Below are positions 47,246 through 56,734 of a stretch of DNA of 59,862 nucleotides, piece by piece (positions within the stretch are counted from its first letter, which is position 1; the number at the start of each line of letters is the position of its first letter). The stretch covers positions 1-59,862 of IMG/VR virus record IMGVR_UViG_3300028862_000314; one strand, given 5' to 3'. This DNA is from a virus (Duplodnaviria > Caudoviricetes). The notes under the pieces are model-generated. The model made no database searches. It had not been told where the DNA came from and worked only from the letters and a program-made list of their open reading frames with translations. The translations under genes were made by a program, and so were the position numbers.

Positions 47246-49180
47246 CTATTTCCTTACGGTTAGTTGTTTTTCTGTTGATACTATAAGCCTGATAAGCTGG
47301 CTTTGTGTCGGTATGATCTGGTTCACACTTTCAGCGTTATCGACAAAAATCGGTGCAGTGATGTTGTGTACCTGGCTGAATACATTGATAATCTCAACAC
47401 CCGTGTTTATTCTGGCTGCGTTATTTGCATCCGGAAAAGGAACACCGTTAACCAGGCAAATACAATCAGGTTCTTCTCCACCGTTGATAAGTGTCTTGAA
47501 CATTTTGAATCGTACCGATGGGAACATTTCGTTAACCCTGCGCTCAACCTCGTTTATCTTACGTTTGGTAAACTGGTCAATCTGAAATTCTAACTTCTCC
47601 ATGCTTGCAATCTGCTGCGCCAGGTCTTTTTCTTCTTTGTTCAGATCGGCCTTACGTTGCGCCATTGCATCAATGGTATCTTTAGTTGACAACTGAGCTT
47701 TCAGAAGATCAAGTTCAGAAATAAGTTCTGACTTGTAGGCTTTCAGTTCCGTTGTATCTTCCTGTACTACTTCCGGAATAACAATCTGTGATACTTCCAA
47801 CTGAACACCAACATATTCAGCATTATCACTTAGCATAGCTTCTACTGATTTCACATTTACCGGAGTAGAACGGAGTACTTTAATGTCATTCTCCAATGCC
47901 GTTAACCTTTCAGCTAATCCTAAAGAGTGACCTACAATAGTTTTGTTCCTTTCCTGTAATTGGGTTATGCGTTCTTTGTTCTCGAATCCCGTCTTTGTGA
48001 TGGCTGCTATTTCGGCAGTCTTGGCATTGTTGAAGTTGAGTGTAGCTTCGTCAACCTTTGCGCCTAGCATATCTTCCGGTAGGGGCTGGCTGCAATACGG
48101 GCAGTTTGTGTCTGTGAACTTTAATTCTTCTGCTTGTTTTGCCGTCCACTTGCTGCGAAGGTCCTCATTAACCTTGGTAAGGGTTTCGATTGTGGCATTG
48201 TTATGCTCAATCTCTTTATTATACCCTGCTGCCTGAAAGCCTATTTGCTCAATCTCCTGCTCTTTGGTCCTGATCTGATGATCTTTGGTTGTACCCAGGT
48301 TAGCAAACTCCTGACGGGTTTTAAATTCAATATTCTGCAACTTGGTTTTAAGGTTGTTTTCCTTAATCAGAAGTTCTGAACGCTTGCGCACTTGTTCCTC
48401 AACACCTTTGCTTGCATCTGCAATCTTCTTTTCAACTTCTTTAAGGCTTTCGCCTGTTAGCTTAATATTTTCAGCTATTGCCTTGAAGTCTTTTGCTTCC
48501 GGTGTGTTGTGGGTAACTTCGTCAATCCTTGAAGGGATATGCTCAATAGCTTTTTTCAGGTTAAGCCTTTTAGCCGTGTATTCTTTTTTCAGATCCTCAA
48601 CGGTTTTCTTTTCGTTGCGCATTGTTTCCAGAAGTGAAACAAGGTCTTTACCTGCAATTTCCTCGTCTGTGGGAACACCTGCTATTGAAGTGAGCATTTC
48701 CCTTGCTTCGTTCCATTTAAGGCTGTTGAAGTACGTGGGGCTTGTTAGCAGCTTAAATGTAGCCTCCGGGATGATGGAGTTAATATAAGCCTGATATTCC
48801 TGCAACTGTTTTGGTACATCGTTTACAAAGAATATTGTTTTATTCCCTGCAAACTCTGTAATTTCTTCGCCCCGTCTTTTAACCCAATCTTCACGAAGGG
48901 TACGGGTTAACTTTACTTCTACACCGTCAACACTGAGTATGCCGGTTACTTCGTGGTCAATCTTCTGGATGATAACACCGTGTTCATCGTAGGTTTTTAC
49001 CCCGAAGTCTTTACGGTCCTGTGCATCTTTACCGAATAACAGCCAGGTAAAGCTGTCGAAGATGGTAGATTTACCTGTTGCGTTGGCTCCTGAAATATCT
49101 GTTATATCTGAAAAGTCAATGTCCAGGCTTTTTATCCCTTTGAAATTGGTTAGGATTAATTTTTTGATTTCGATTTTCAT
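47246..49180 (-). CDS. Rad50/SbcC-like ATPase
   Basis: NFKGI, GANATGKST, CPYC zinc hook, coiled coil, PIFVDNAES. Confidence 0.85.
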   Translation of the reverse strand: MKIEIKKLILTNFKGIKSLDIDFSDITDISGANATGKSTIFDSFTWLLFGKDAQDRKDFGVKTYDEHGVIIQKIDHEVTGILSVDGVEVKLTRTLREDWVKRRGEEITEFAGNKTIFFVNDVPKQLQEYQAYINSIIPEATFKLLTSPTYFNSLKWNEAREMLTSIAGVPTDEEIAGKDLVSLLETMRNEKKTVEDLKKEYTAKRLNLKKAIEHIPSRIDEVTHNTPEAKDFKAIAENIKLTGESLKEVEKKIADASKGVEEQVRKRSELLIKENNLKTKLQNIEFKTRQEFANLGTTKDHQIRTKEQEIEQIGFQAAGYNKEIEHNNATIETLTKVNEDLRSKWTAKQAEELKFTDTNCPYCSQPLPEDMLGAKVDEATLNFNNAKTAEIAAITKTGFENKERITQLQERNKTIVGHSLGLAERLTALENDIKVLRSTPVNVKSVEAMLSDNAEYVGVQLEVSQIVIPEVVQEDTTELKAYKSELISELDLLKAQLSTKDTIDAMAQRKADLNKEEKDLAQQIASMEKLEFQIDQFTKRKINEVERRVNEMFPSVRFKMFKTLINGGEEPDCICLVNGVPFPDANNAARINTGVEIINVFSQVHNITAPIFVDNAESVNQIIPTQSQLIRLIVSTEKQLTVRK

Positions 49181-49276
49181 AGCTTTAATTATTATTTTCG
49201 TAACTGTTCTCTGATTTTCTGATGTAGCAGTAAGCTACTACCGACACAACTATTGCCAGTATTATCATAAATGTTA

Positions 49277-49528
49277 TCATTTTTTTAAAAGGTATTTATC
49301 AAGTGCATAATTCCGTTGATTTTCTTCTTCCAGGGCTATCCGGCTGTATCGCTTGCGTGATGTTTCGGTATCGCGTACTGCTTTTATCCTTCCATCCCGT
49401 TTCCATCTTGTAACCTTGGTCCTCCCGTAAAGCCTGAATGCTTCTGCCTGCCCGATGTATGGATCTAATTTTATTCCGAGTTCATTTAGAATAGCAATAG
49501 CGAATATTTTAGCCTCATCCTGTGTCAT
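49277..49528 (-). CDS. excisionase-like HTH protein
   Basis: YIGQAEAFRLYGR..V.RW...G.I. Confidence 0.55.
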   Translation of the reverse strand: MTQDEAKIFAIAILNELGIKLDPYIGQAEAFRLYGRTKVTRWKRDGRIKAVRDTETSRKRYSRIALEEENQRNYALDKYLLKK

Positions 49529-50304
49529 GCTGTTTTCTGTTTTAGGCTTTCAACAAACTTGTGTATGGCGTTCCGGCCTGATTCGGTCCACTTGGTAAGG
49601 ATATGTGTACTTACTACTCCGAAACTGTTGGTGTAGGTCTGCGTTACGGTTCCGGTATATCCTTTATCCTGATACTTTGAATACAATACCCATGTTCCAC
49701 CGGAGAGGTAAACAATACCATGCTTGTGAAGCAGTTTGTTTAATCCTATGGCACTCATGCCTAGTTCCTTTGCAATTACGTTGGTATTGATAAGTTTGTC
49801 GCTCTGCAGCACTTCGTCAAAGTACATTACCTTGGGTGCTGATAACTTTAGTTGCTCCTGCTGTGCTTCTGATCGGGCCAGATACAATTCTTTCTCTGCA
49901 CGTTCAGTCTTTAATTCTGTTGCCAGCCTGATGATAAAGTCAGGGTTAAGCAAATCGTTAGGGTTAATTGCTGTGGCTCCGTACTTCAATAACTCTTTCA
50001 TACGATCATTGCACCATATTGCGAAGGATGGGGACAACCATCTTGCAAACTCCATTGCTACATCTTCGTGCATCCAGGTTCCGGGATTATTACCACCATT
50101 CATAACCAACACTAAATCAGTCAGTGTGCATTTATGAGAAGTGACAAGTGCCTGTATAAATAATTGATACTGTGATGTACGCATCCAGTTAGCTGGCTTC
50201 GTATTGAATGGTTTAGCCATATCAACCGCATTTACCATTACATTTCCGTTATCACGTTGAAAAGTGATGTCGTTTCCCATGTATTCAAATTTCTTCGTTT
50301 CCAT
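49525..50304 (-). CDS. KilA-N / KilAC phage antirepressor
   Basis: MVNA..MAKPF, GTWMHEDVA.EFARWLSP, PKV.YFD.VL, IAKELG.SA, KWTE.GR. Confidence 0.85.
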   Translation of the reverse strand: METKKFEYMGNDITFQRDNGNVMVNAVDMAKPFNTKPANWMRTSQYQLFIQALVTSHKCTLTDLVLVMNGGNNPGTWMHEDVAMEFARWLSPSFAIWCNDRMKELLKYGATAINPNDLLNPDFIIRLATELKTERAEKELYLARSEAQQEQLKLSAPKVMYFDEVLQSDKLINTNVIAKELGMSAIGLNKLLHKHGIVYLSGGTWVLYSKYQDKGYTGTVTQTYTNSFGVVSTHILTKWTESGRNAIHKFVESLKQKTA

Positions 50305-50315
50305 GTTGTTCTTGT

Positions 50316-50510
50316 TTACTTGTTTCTGTTTCTTAAATAGTTTGCTACCGTGTACTCTGATATTTCGTACTGCAATGCAATTTGCTTTTTCCACTCAGTA
50401 GCGGAGTTCTTGGGGTTCTTTTTCATCTGGTAGTACGATGAAATGATTTCTTCCCGTTGTTTTGCCTTCCTGATTCTGAAAGGACTTTCATAGGGTGCAA
50501 CTTTCGCCAT
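50316..50510 (-). CDS. Cro-like regulator
   Basis: Small HTH (IALQYEISEYTV.NY) divergent from CI-like gene. Confidence 0.55.
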   Translation of the reverse strand: MAKVAPYESPFRIRKAKQREEIISSYYQMKKNPKNSATEWKKQIALQYEISEYTVANYLRNRNK

Positions 50511-50608
50511 GTGATTTTTTTTAGTTGTAAGTATTGTTTTTGTAATTTTGTGTTGTAACTTTGTCATGTTTTTAAATAAAACAACACAATACCGTTTATT
50601 TGATTGAG

Positions 50609-50654
50609 CAAATGTAGTACATATATTGCGAATTGGTACAAAAAATGCGAATTG
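50609..50654. promoter_or_regulatory. lysis-lysogeny switch region
   Basis: TACATTTG -7 element (minus, 50609-50616) and direct repeat TGCGAATTG at 50627 and 50646. Confidence 0.5.
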
Positions 50655-50673
50655 TTTTTAATATATTTTTTAT

Positions 50674-51108
50674 ATGACTGATATAGAGCGAATTGAAGCT
50701 GTAATTAATTGGTCTGGTTTGTCGGAAAATGCCTTTGCAAAGAAAATAGGGTATTCTTCTGGTGGATCTATTTATAATAAAATAAATGGTAATAGAGATA
50801 TTAATATAAAATTTATCACAAAAATTGCGAATACTTTTCCAGAAATAAATAAAACTTGGATATTAACCGGAATTGGGAATATGCTTACAAATTCAAATAC
50901 GGTTATCCAAAGAGATAAGCAACCACAAAATCAACCTAATAATAACTCTAAAGACGAACTTATGACACCAGAACGTTTTGACAGACTACTCGACTTAATG
51001 GAAGATCAACAAAAAGCTATCAACAGCTTAATCGAAAATCAAAGTGTATTAGCTAGTAAAATACCAGATCACCAGAAATTGGAAAAACTAAGCGGGCGGG
51101 GTGCTTAA
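50674..51108 (+). CDS. CI-like repressor (HTH, no visible peptidase domain)
   Basis: LSENAFAKKIG...FPEIN..WILTG.G.M. Confidence 0.8.
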   Translation: MTDIERIEAVINWSGLSENAFAKKIGYSSGGSIYNKINGNRDINIKFITKIANTFPEINKTWILTGIGNMLTNSNTVIQRDKQPQNQPNNNSKDELMTPERFDRLLDLMEDQQKAINSLIENQSVLASKIPDHQKLEKLSGRGA

Positions 51109-51275
51109 CATTAATTTATAGCAACCCATTGAAGCCCGCAGCCCAGGAAAGCTGCGAGAATAAAATAGTGGAAGATATTGAAAACTACAGCACACAAAAT
51201 AAACACTTACTCAGACTACTTAAAACAGTTTATTCATTCTTAATATTAATACCTAATATACTCGCATCGTAAATA

Positions 51276-51533
51276 ATGACATTAAGTATAATCCTTATTA
51301 CGGGAGGAGTGTTGGGATACATTCTAAATGTGTTTCTGATTCGTTATTTTATCAGAAAAAATGATCCGGTTACTTGGAGATATAAGCACATTAAAACAGG
51401 AAATAAATACGCATGGGAAAATACAGCAAACAAAGGCGTGGTTCCTAAATGGGTTTCTCGCATAGGGATAATAAGCATGAATTGTTTTTTAATAGGGATA
51501 TTTATAGAAATAATTTCTCTATTTAAAAATTAA
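51276..51533 (+). CDS. two-TM membrane protein (moron-like)
   Basis: Hydrophobic segments, AT-rich, lysogenic strand. Confidence 0.55.
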   Translation: MTLSIILITGGVLGYILNVFLIRYFIRKNDPVTWRYKHIKTGNKYAWENTANKGVVPKWVSRIGIISMNCFLIGIFIEIISLFKN

Positions 51534-51541
51534 TAAATAGT

Positions 51542-51844
51542 ATGTTAATGGCAGCACAAATTAAAAATAGAACATTTCATTATATTATATTAGTAATATA
51601 TATTGGTAATTGGTTTTTGCCACTTTATATACCCGGTGTGAAAACATTATTTTTAAACGAGATTATACTTTTTATTGTTACTACAGCATTTCCGATAGGG
51701 CTTTCTTATTTTGTGTTCAATGTATTAAATAAAGATGACATATTCGAGAATAATGAAGACATGCTTATTTCGAGCTTTTTCTCCGTTTACCAAATTACGC
51801 TAGCCATTGTTTCAGCACTTTATTTAATTGTAACTAACCCCTAA
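51542..51844 (+). CDS. multi-TM membrane protein (moron-like)
   Basis: Three hydrophobic segments, AT-rich. Confidence 0.55.
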   Translation: MLMAAQIKNRTFHYIILVIYIGNWFLPLYIPGVKTLFLNEIILFIVTTAFPIGLSYFVFNVLNKDDIFENNEDMLISSFFSVYQITLAIVSALYLIVTNP

Positions 51845-51848
51845 CCCC

Positions 51849-52169
51849 ATGAGCACCGAAGAAGATAAGATCAATGCACGAATAGAAGAAGTAAGGCTAA
51901 CAACAGGCCTTAATGCTACCGATTTTGCAAAGAAGATCGGGGTAAAGCCTAACACATACCTGGTAACTGTTAATTATTCGCGCAGGAAGCCCGGAGTAGA
52001 GTTAATACAGGCCATACTTAGCACGTTTCAGGTTTCTGCCCGATGGCTGATGCTTGGCGAAGGCTTTATGTGGGATATTGATAAAATAAAAGATTCCGGG
52101 GACGAACAAACATTGATAGATACTGCCCGTGCTATCCTTACCCGAATATCGCAGAAGGGGACCGGGTGA
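51849..52169 (+). CDS. second XRE-family HTH regulator
   Basis: GLNATDFAKKIGV...VSARWLMLGEG.M. Confidence 0.75.
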   Translation: MSTEEDKINARIEEVRLTTGLNATDFAKKIGVKPNTYLVTVNYSRRKPGVELIQAILSTFQVSARWLMLGEGFMWDIDKIKDSGDEQTLIDTARAILTRISQKGTG

Positions 52170-52242
52170 CTGTATCGGTTAAATTAATTTTTTAGTAACG
52201 TGTTGAATTGTCATTTTTGGTTGTATATTTGCATTTCAATAC

Positions 52243-52316
52243 TGCGAGTTGGAGAAGCCCGGTATCTCGTCTGGCTCATAACCAGAAGTTCATCAGTTCA
52301 AATCTGATACTCGCCA
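52243..52316 (+). tRNA. tRNA-Met(CAT), initiator-like
   Basis: Cloverleaf: GCGAGT/ACTCGC acceptor, GAGA/TCTC D-stem, TCTGG-CTCATAA-CCAGA, ATCAG-TTCAAAT-CTGAT; TATATTTG promoter element upstream; no encoded CCA. Confidence 0.88.
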
Positions 52317-52456
52317 CTAACCCACCCGAAAGGGGCCATAAAAACGTTCTTTAACCCGAATGGTATTGCGGACACGAATAGGTCAACTTTATTCGTATTG
52401 TCAATTTAACGCAAGGTTGATATAGGTTCCTGTAATGTGCGCCCCGTATGAACGAA

Positions 52457-52492
52457 GAAAGCCCGGACAAAGTTAGCCGGGCTTTCGCTTTT
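52457..52492. terminator. intrinsic terminator
   Basis: GAAAGCCCGG...CCGGGCTTTC then T-tract. Confidence 0.7.
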
Positions 52493-52562
52493 TATGGTAA
52501 GTATGGTTTTTATGGTTTTTATGGTTTTTATGAAAAACAGGTATTCCCTGTGAAAAGTAGGT

Positions 52563-53786
52563 TTAATTAGCCATCTTCACAACTTTCATTCCGCCTTTAG
52601 TTTCATACACATAGTCTAAAACAGCCCTTACGGCCCTGTCAACTTTAGTATAATCCACCTTAGTATATTTGTCAGTCATATCATAGTTATCCTTGTGTAC
52701 AAGTGCCAGGTCCACTTCATCAACAGGTATGTTACATTCGTTACGTGCAAAGGACCCGAAGGAGTGACGGGCATGATACGTTGTAATAGCGGGTATTTTT
52801 AACCGTTCACATATCAATTCAAGCCCTCTGTTAACACGTTTGTTAAACTGGCCCGTAGAAGTAAAAAGTTTATAGAAGTTAAATTGTCGTTTATCGTCAG
52901 CATATTTGGCAATAAGGCCGGTTATTTCCGGCTGCACCATCAGGCTTGTAAATGCTTTGTCGTTTCTCCGTTTAGTTTTCTGCCTGTTATACTCAATTCT
53001 TTTGTTCACGGAACGTGAACACGTGTACATATCTGCAGTATTCATTCCGGCCAGCGCAAAACTGATCTTAAAAACATCAAGGCCGAAAACTTCCCGGGGA
53101 TCTTCCGGGGTATCGTTCAATACTTTTCGTAGTGTTTCAACATCAAGTGAACGCTTGTCAGGAATATTGGCTTTTGGTTTAATGTAACCCTTCCGGTATG
53201 GGTTCCTTAAAAGTATATCTTCCCGTTCTGCTATTCCTGCCAGGGTACAAAGATAAGTTTGGTATAATCGTATAGTTGTTGATGATGTTACCTTCTTCAT
53301 CTTCCCTGGGATTGTGCGAAGGTTAATCTCAAAGTCATTTAGAAGCCTTACAGTAAACTTTGAGGCAGGAAGTATATCTGTTCCGATATATTCCTGCAAT
53401 CGGTCCAGTGCCGTGTAATATCCCTGTACGGTCTGTTTTGCCTTAGTATGTTTGAAGGAGTTAACCTTTGATCTGAAATAAGGGATAAGGTTAACGTCCT
53501 TGTCGGGTTCTGGATTGGATAAATAGTGAGCTAGATCCTGAACCGTCATAGTATCAATTAATGAACTTAATGATAATATTCTTTTTTCGTAATCTCTTAT
53601 CCGGTCCTTTATCTCATCCCTCAAAGTAATATCCAATAGTTCCCGTTTTACATTCAAGTCGGAAGATTCAACATAATAAGGTGTTTTCATATAGGCCGTT
53701 TTTGAATTGTGTATCATCCTGATGCGGACCTGATACTTATTATCAGAACGCTTGTGATCTGAAACCGATATTTTAAACGTTGGCAT
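52563..53786 (-). CDS. int: phage integrase (tyrosine recombinase with arm-binding and SAM-like domains)
   Basis: 407 aa; GMN..D, R.KT, YHARHSF, H...T..Y motifs; adjacent to attP-like site. Confidence 0.85.
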   Translation of the reverse strand: MPTFKISVSDHKRSDNKYQVRIRMIHNSKTAYMKTPYYVESSDLNVKRELLDITLRDEIKDRIRDYEKRILSLSSLIDTMTVQDLAHYLSNPEPDKDVNLIPYFRSKVNSFKHTKAKQTVQGYYTALDRLQEYIGTDILPASKFTVRLLNDFEINLRTIPGKMKKVTSSTTIRLYQTYLCTLAGIAEREDILLRNPYRKGYIKPKANIPDKRSLDVETLRKVLNDTPEDPREVFGLDVFKISFALAGMNTADMYTCSRSVNKRIEYNRQKTKRRNDKAFTSLMVQPEITGLIAKYADDKRQFNFYKLFTSTGQFNKRVNRGLELICERLKIPAITTYHARHSFGSFARNECNIPVDEVDLALVHKDNYDMTDKYTKVDYTKVDRAVRAVLDYVYETKGGMKVVKMAN

Positions 53787-54393
53787 GGTTAAGGATTATT
53801 GTTTTTTGTTTAATATACGCAACATCCATTATTTTCTGCTTAACTATTTCAAACGGCTCATCGGCATTAATCTCAATAACCGCCTTTCTGATTGGGTCTA
53901 ACAAATTATCTATAACCTTAATTATATCCTTATCTATAATTTTGTTTTTTTTAACACTTTCGTATGGAACCCTATAATTAGTCGGGATATAAAATATATT
54001 GCGCCTACAAATAACCCTGAATCGTAAAGTATAAGTTCTATCTGATCTCAAATAAGTAACAACTGGAGTTAAGGAAATACTAATATTCAATCTACCATAC
54101 TTAATTGTAGTTTCTGCTGTATGGATTGTATTCATAGGGGGATTTAGTTCCTTTATAAAATTGCCTTCTTCCGATATTAATTCATCAATCGGAACGATTT
54201 TATACTTTACCCGGTTAAATAGACCAGGGTTATTACTTAGATGCTTTAGAACTCTAGAAACTATGTTGGTCGATCTTCCAATATAAAGCAAGTTATTGTC
54301 ATTATATAAAAAATAGATACCCATCAATGTTGTTAACTGACCTAAATTTATTTCCCCATCAAAACTAGGATTCAATAATTCACCTGTATTCAT
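53773..54393 (-). CDS. GIY-YIG nuclease fused to arm-DNA-binding-like domain
   Basis: GIYFL...LYIGRS.N..SR..H, E..FI..LNP.MN; C-terminus resembles integrase N-terminus. Confidence 0.6.
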   Translation of the reverse strand: MNTGELLNPSFDGEINLGQLTTLMGIYFLYNDNNLLYIGRSTNIVSRVLKHLSNNPGLFNRVKYKIVPIDELISEEGNFIKELNPPMNTIHTAETTIKYGRLNISISLTPVVTYLRSDRTYTLRFRVICRRNIFYIPTNYRVPYESVKKNKIIDKDIIKVIDNLLDPIRKAVIEINADEPFEIVKQKIMDVAYIKQKTIILNHANV

Positions 54394-54423
54394 ATATATA
54401 TTTTTATCAAAGATAGTGTATTA

Positions 54424-54461
54424 TATCCACCTGTTTACAAATTATCCATTTGTTTATAAAT
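54424..54461. repeat. tandem 19-bp repeat, candidate integrase arm sites
   Basis: TATCCACCTGTTTACAAAT / TATCCATTTGTTTATAAAT, about 150 bp from att core. Confidence 0.5.
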
Positions 54462-54529
54462 AATTATTAGAGTATTCTTAAAGTTTCGGTTATAAAGAAT
54501 CATATTAACGTGTTTTTATGAACGCAAAC

Positions 54530-54557
54530 AAAAAGGCTCCCGTGTCTGGAAGCCTTT
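54530..54557 (-). terminator. probable terminator
   Basis: AAAGGCT(T)CC hairpin with flanking A/T tracts. Confidence 0.5.
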
Positions 54558-54608
54558 ATTTATGTAGTGTTCAAATTAAGTTTCAGTAAGTTGCAAAAAA
54601 TAAGCAGT

Positions 54609-54650
54609 ATTGATTAAGAGTCAATTGCTCTACCAGCTGAGCTACGGAGA
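54609..54650 (-). other. attP core: 5' half of tRNA-Lys(CTT)
   Basis: Minus strand TCTCCGTAGCTCAGCTGGTAGAGCAATTGACTCTTAATCAAT = D arm plus anticodon arm, with no T arm or 3' acceptor. Confidence 0.8.
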
Positions 54651-54774
54651 GGATAAGGGTTTCAGGAATTTAAGCATCAAATTATTAAACAATTTGTAAA
54701 TCGGCTTATTTTTACCCCTGTTTCCCGGTGCAAATATATAATAAAATTTTAACGGGTAATGCCTGATGGTAATT

Positions 54775-55581
54775 TTATAGCTCCATGTATTCAAGTATTG
54801 GCAAACGCCCCCCCTCTAGAACTACTCCACAATTAATATGAGGCTTTGAAAAGTGCCTGCCGTATGCTGCAGCGTAACTGTCTTTGTCAAATCCCGCCCC
54901 TATCTGCATACAGAATAACAGATACCTGGAACCTGCAATGTAATCTATATAGCCTTCTGCGTGATAATGCCCCTGAACTATACTAATAAGATCCTGTTTC
55001 ATTCTTTGCCGGGCTTTCCTTGCGGTTCCATGAACATACTCAACGTTATCAATAGTATGCTTTTCTGCATAATCCCAATTAGGAGTTTCAAGGACCTCAC
55101 TAATTGACTTTAACCACATAGAAGAATTACCGGCATTAAAATTCTTCCTTTCCGGTATAAGGTCATGGTTCCCGATACATACCCTGGCATAAGGGAAAGC
55201 ATTATACCATAACTTTATTTGTTCTTTTGCCAGTTGAAGCTCCCGGCCTGCGCTGTGTCCGTCAGGGTTTGTTTCATGGAAGCTGCTGTAATGGTTATCT
55301 ATTACGTCACCAATGAATACAACCTTATCACACTTATATTTTTTGTAAATCCGTAAACAAAATTCCAGATACCCGGGAAGTGTAAAGGGTTCGTGTAGGT
55401 CCCCAATGGCTAAAACGTTTGATAAATATTTTTTCTGCTTATATCTAGGACCCCTACCTTTGGAGCTTTTTTCAAAATAAATATTTCTTTTTACAGAAAC
55501 TACCTTTATATTAAAATATACGGAAGCTGCTTCAATTCCATTTAATTGTGCATATTCGTAAATATCACTACTTCTAGACAT
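54775..55581 (-). CDS. calcineurin-like metallophosphoesterase
   Basis: GDLH, GDVID, GNHD, HG and GHYH motifs. Confidence 0.85.
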   Translation of the reverse strand: MSRSSDIYEYAQLNGIEAASVYFNIKVVSVKRNIYFEKSSKGRGPRYKQKKYLSNVLAIGDLHEPFTLPGYLEFCLRIYKKYKCDKVVFIGDVIDNHYSSFHETNPDGHSAGRELQLAKEQIKLWYNAFPYARVCIGNHDLIPERKNFNAGNSSMWLKSISEVLETPNWDYAEKHTIDNVEYVHGTARKARQRMKQDLISIVQGHYHAEGYIDYIAGSRYLLFCMQIGAGFDKDSYAAAYGRHFSKPHINCGVVLEGGRLPILEYMEL

Positions 55582-55610
55582 TTGGCAGTCTTAATTCAAC
55601 AATCCGTGAA

Positions 55611-56201
55611 TTATCTTCTGAGCTTAAACTTCCAGTATAAATTAATCCATGCCGTTTTATTGATAACGTCATAGGAAACAGTGTACAAGTTATCTTTCTT
55701 CGTGTTAAGGGCTAGTGTAGGCGCAAGTCCAATCTTATCGGTCCAGCCTCCTATACCAAAACCGGCATATACTTTGTTTCTGGCCTTGGGGCAATCTGTT
55801 GTATAGTAAATTGAATCTATTGTGTGAATAGTCTGTACAACCATTTTAACGGTAGCTACTGCGGTACGTTTCTGAATCCTGTTTCTGGAAATTACGTCAC
55901 GGATGGCTATCATGTAATTTTCACCCCTTAAAGTATCGTTTGAAATAATTACTTTGAAGTAGTCGGTTATCAGATCCAATGTATCAAATGGAACATCTGA
56001 GTAAATTGTATCGTGTACTTCCTGCCCGGGTATGTGTTCGGTGATGGTATCGGTGTGAGTTATGGTAACTGTAACAGTATCGGTATGCGTTGTGTTATTC
56101 GTTGGCTGTTCAGGCTTCGGGGTACATTGCCTCAAAAATATAATTACTATCAACAGGAACAGGCAAACGAATTGCCAGAAGTATTTTATAACTGTTTTCA
56201 T
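55611..56201 (-). CDS. membrane-anchored lysis-associated protein (spanin-like)
   Basis: N-terminal TM, DT-rich stalk, beta C-terminus; follows endolysin. Confidence 0.5.
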   Translation of the reverse strand: MKTVIKYFWQFVCLFLLIVIIFLRQCTPKPEQPTNNTTHTDTVTVTITHTDTITEHIPGQEVHDTIYSDVPFDTLDLITDYFKVIISNDTLRGENYMIAIRDVISRNRIQKRTAVATVKMVVQTIHTIDSIYYTTDCPKARNKVYAGFGIGGWTDKIGLAPTLALNTKKDNLYTVSYDVINKTAWINLYWKFKLRR

Positions 56202-56734
56202 GGATTGAATTTGAATGAATGAATCCTGTTAACCCAACCTTTAAAGAATCGCATCTGAGAAGGTTTATTTTTTACTATGCGCGAAACAAAAGCTATGCGT
56301 TCAAAAACTATCTTTTTAAATAGTTCCTCCTGGTCGCATCTGTTAAGAGCGTTAATAGTATGTTCTCCAACTATACCATCGGTGACAACATCAAGTATCT
56401 GTTGAGGAAAGATAATACCCCATTTGCCGGAAGCCCACACCCAATCTACGAGTATAAACCTTATTGATTCATTCTCAATTTCGTCAGCTTTCCATCTATT
56501 CCAGTAATATTTCTTTAGAATTATCTTAAACTGATCTATTGTAAGGTTTTTCATGTCCTCTGGGCTTGGGATCTTACCAAATGCCTGCTTATAGGTTGCA
56601 GGAGTTATACCCATATTGGTTCCAATCAATATTCCGTCAATATAATTACCGGAATCTTCTACCATGCACTGGTATTTCCCTTCCCATTGTAATATTATTT
56701 TGCAAAGTTTATCTATGCTGTCCATAAAGTTCAA
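56198..56734 (-). CDS. endolysin, glycoside hydrolase family 108
   Basis: EG......D.G, TNMGIT, DGIVG..T, F.KGW.NR motifs. Confidence 0.85.
   Translation of the reverse strand: MNFMDSIDKLCKIILQWEGKYQCMVEDSGNYIDGILIGTNMGITPATYKQAFGKIPSPEDMKNLTIDQFKIILKKYYWNRWKADEIENESIRFILVDWVWASGKWGIIFPQQILDVVTDGIVGEHTINALNRCDQEELFKKIVFERIAFVSRIVKNKPSQMRFFKGWVNRIHSFKFNP

Noticed and set aside
54609-54650. Functional tRNA-Lys gene
   Set aside because: No T arm or 3' acceptor strand; better explained as an att core.
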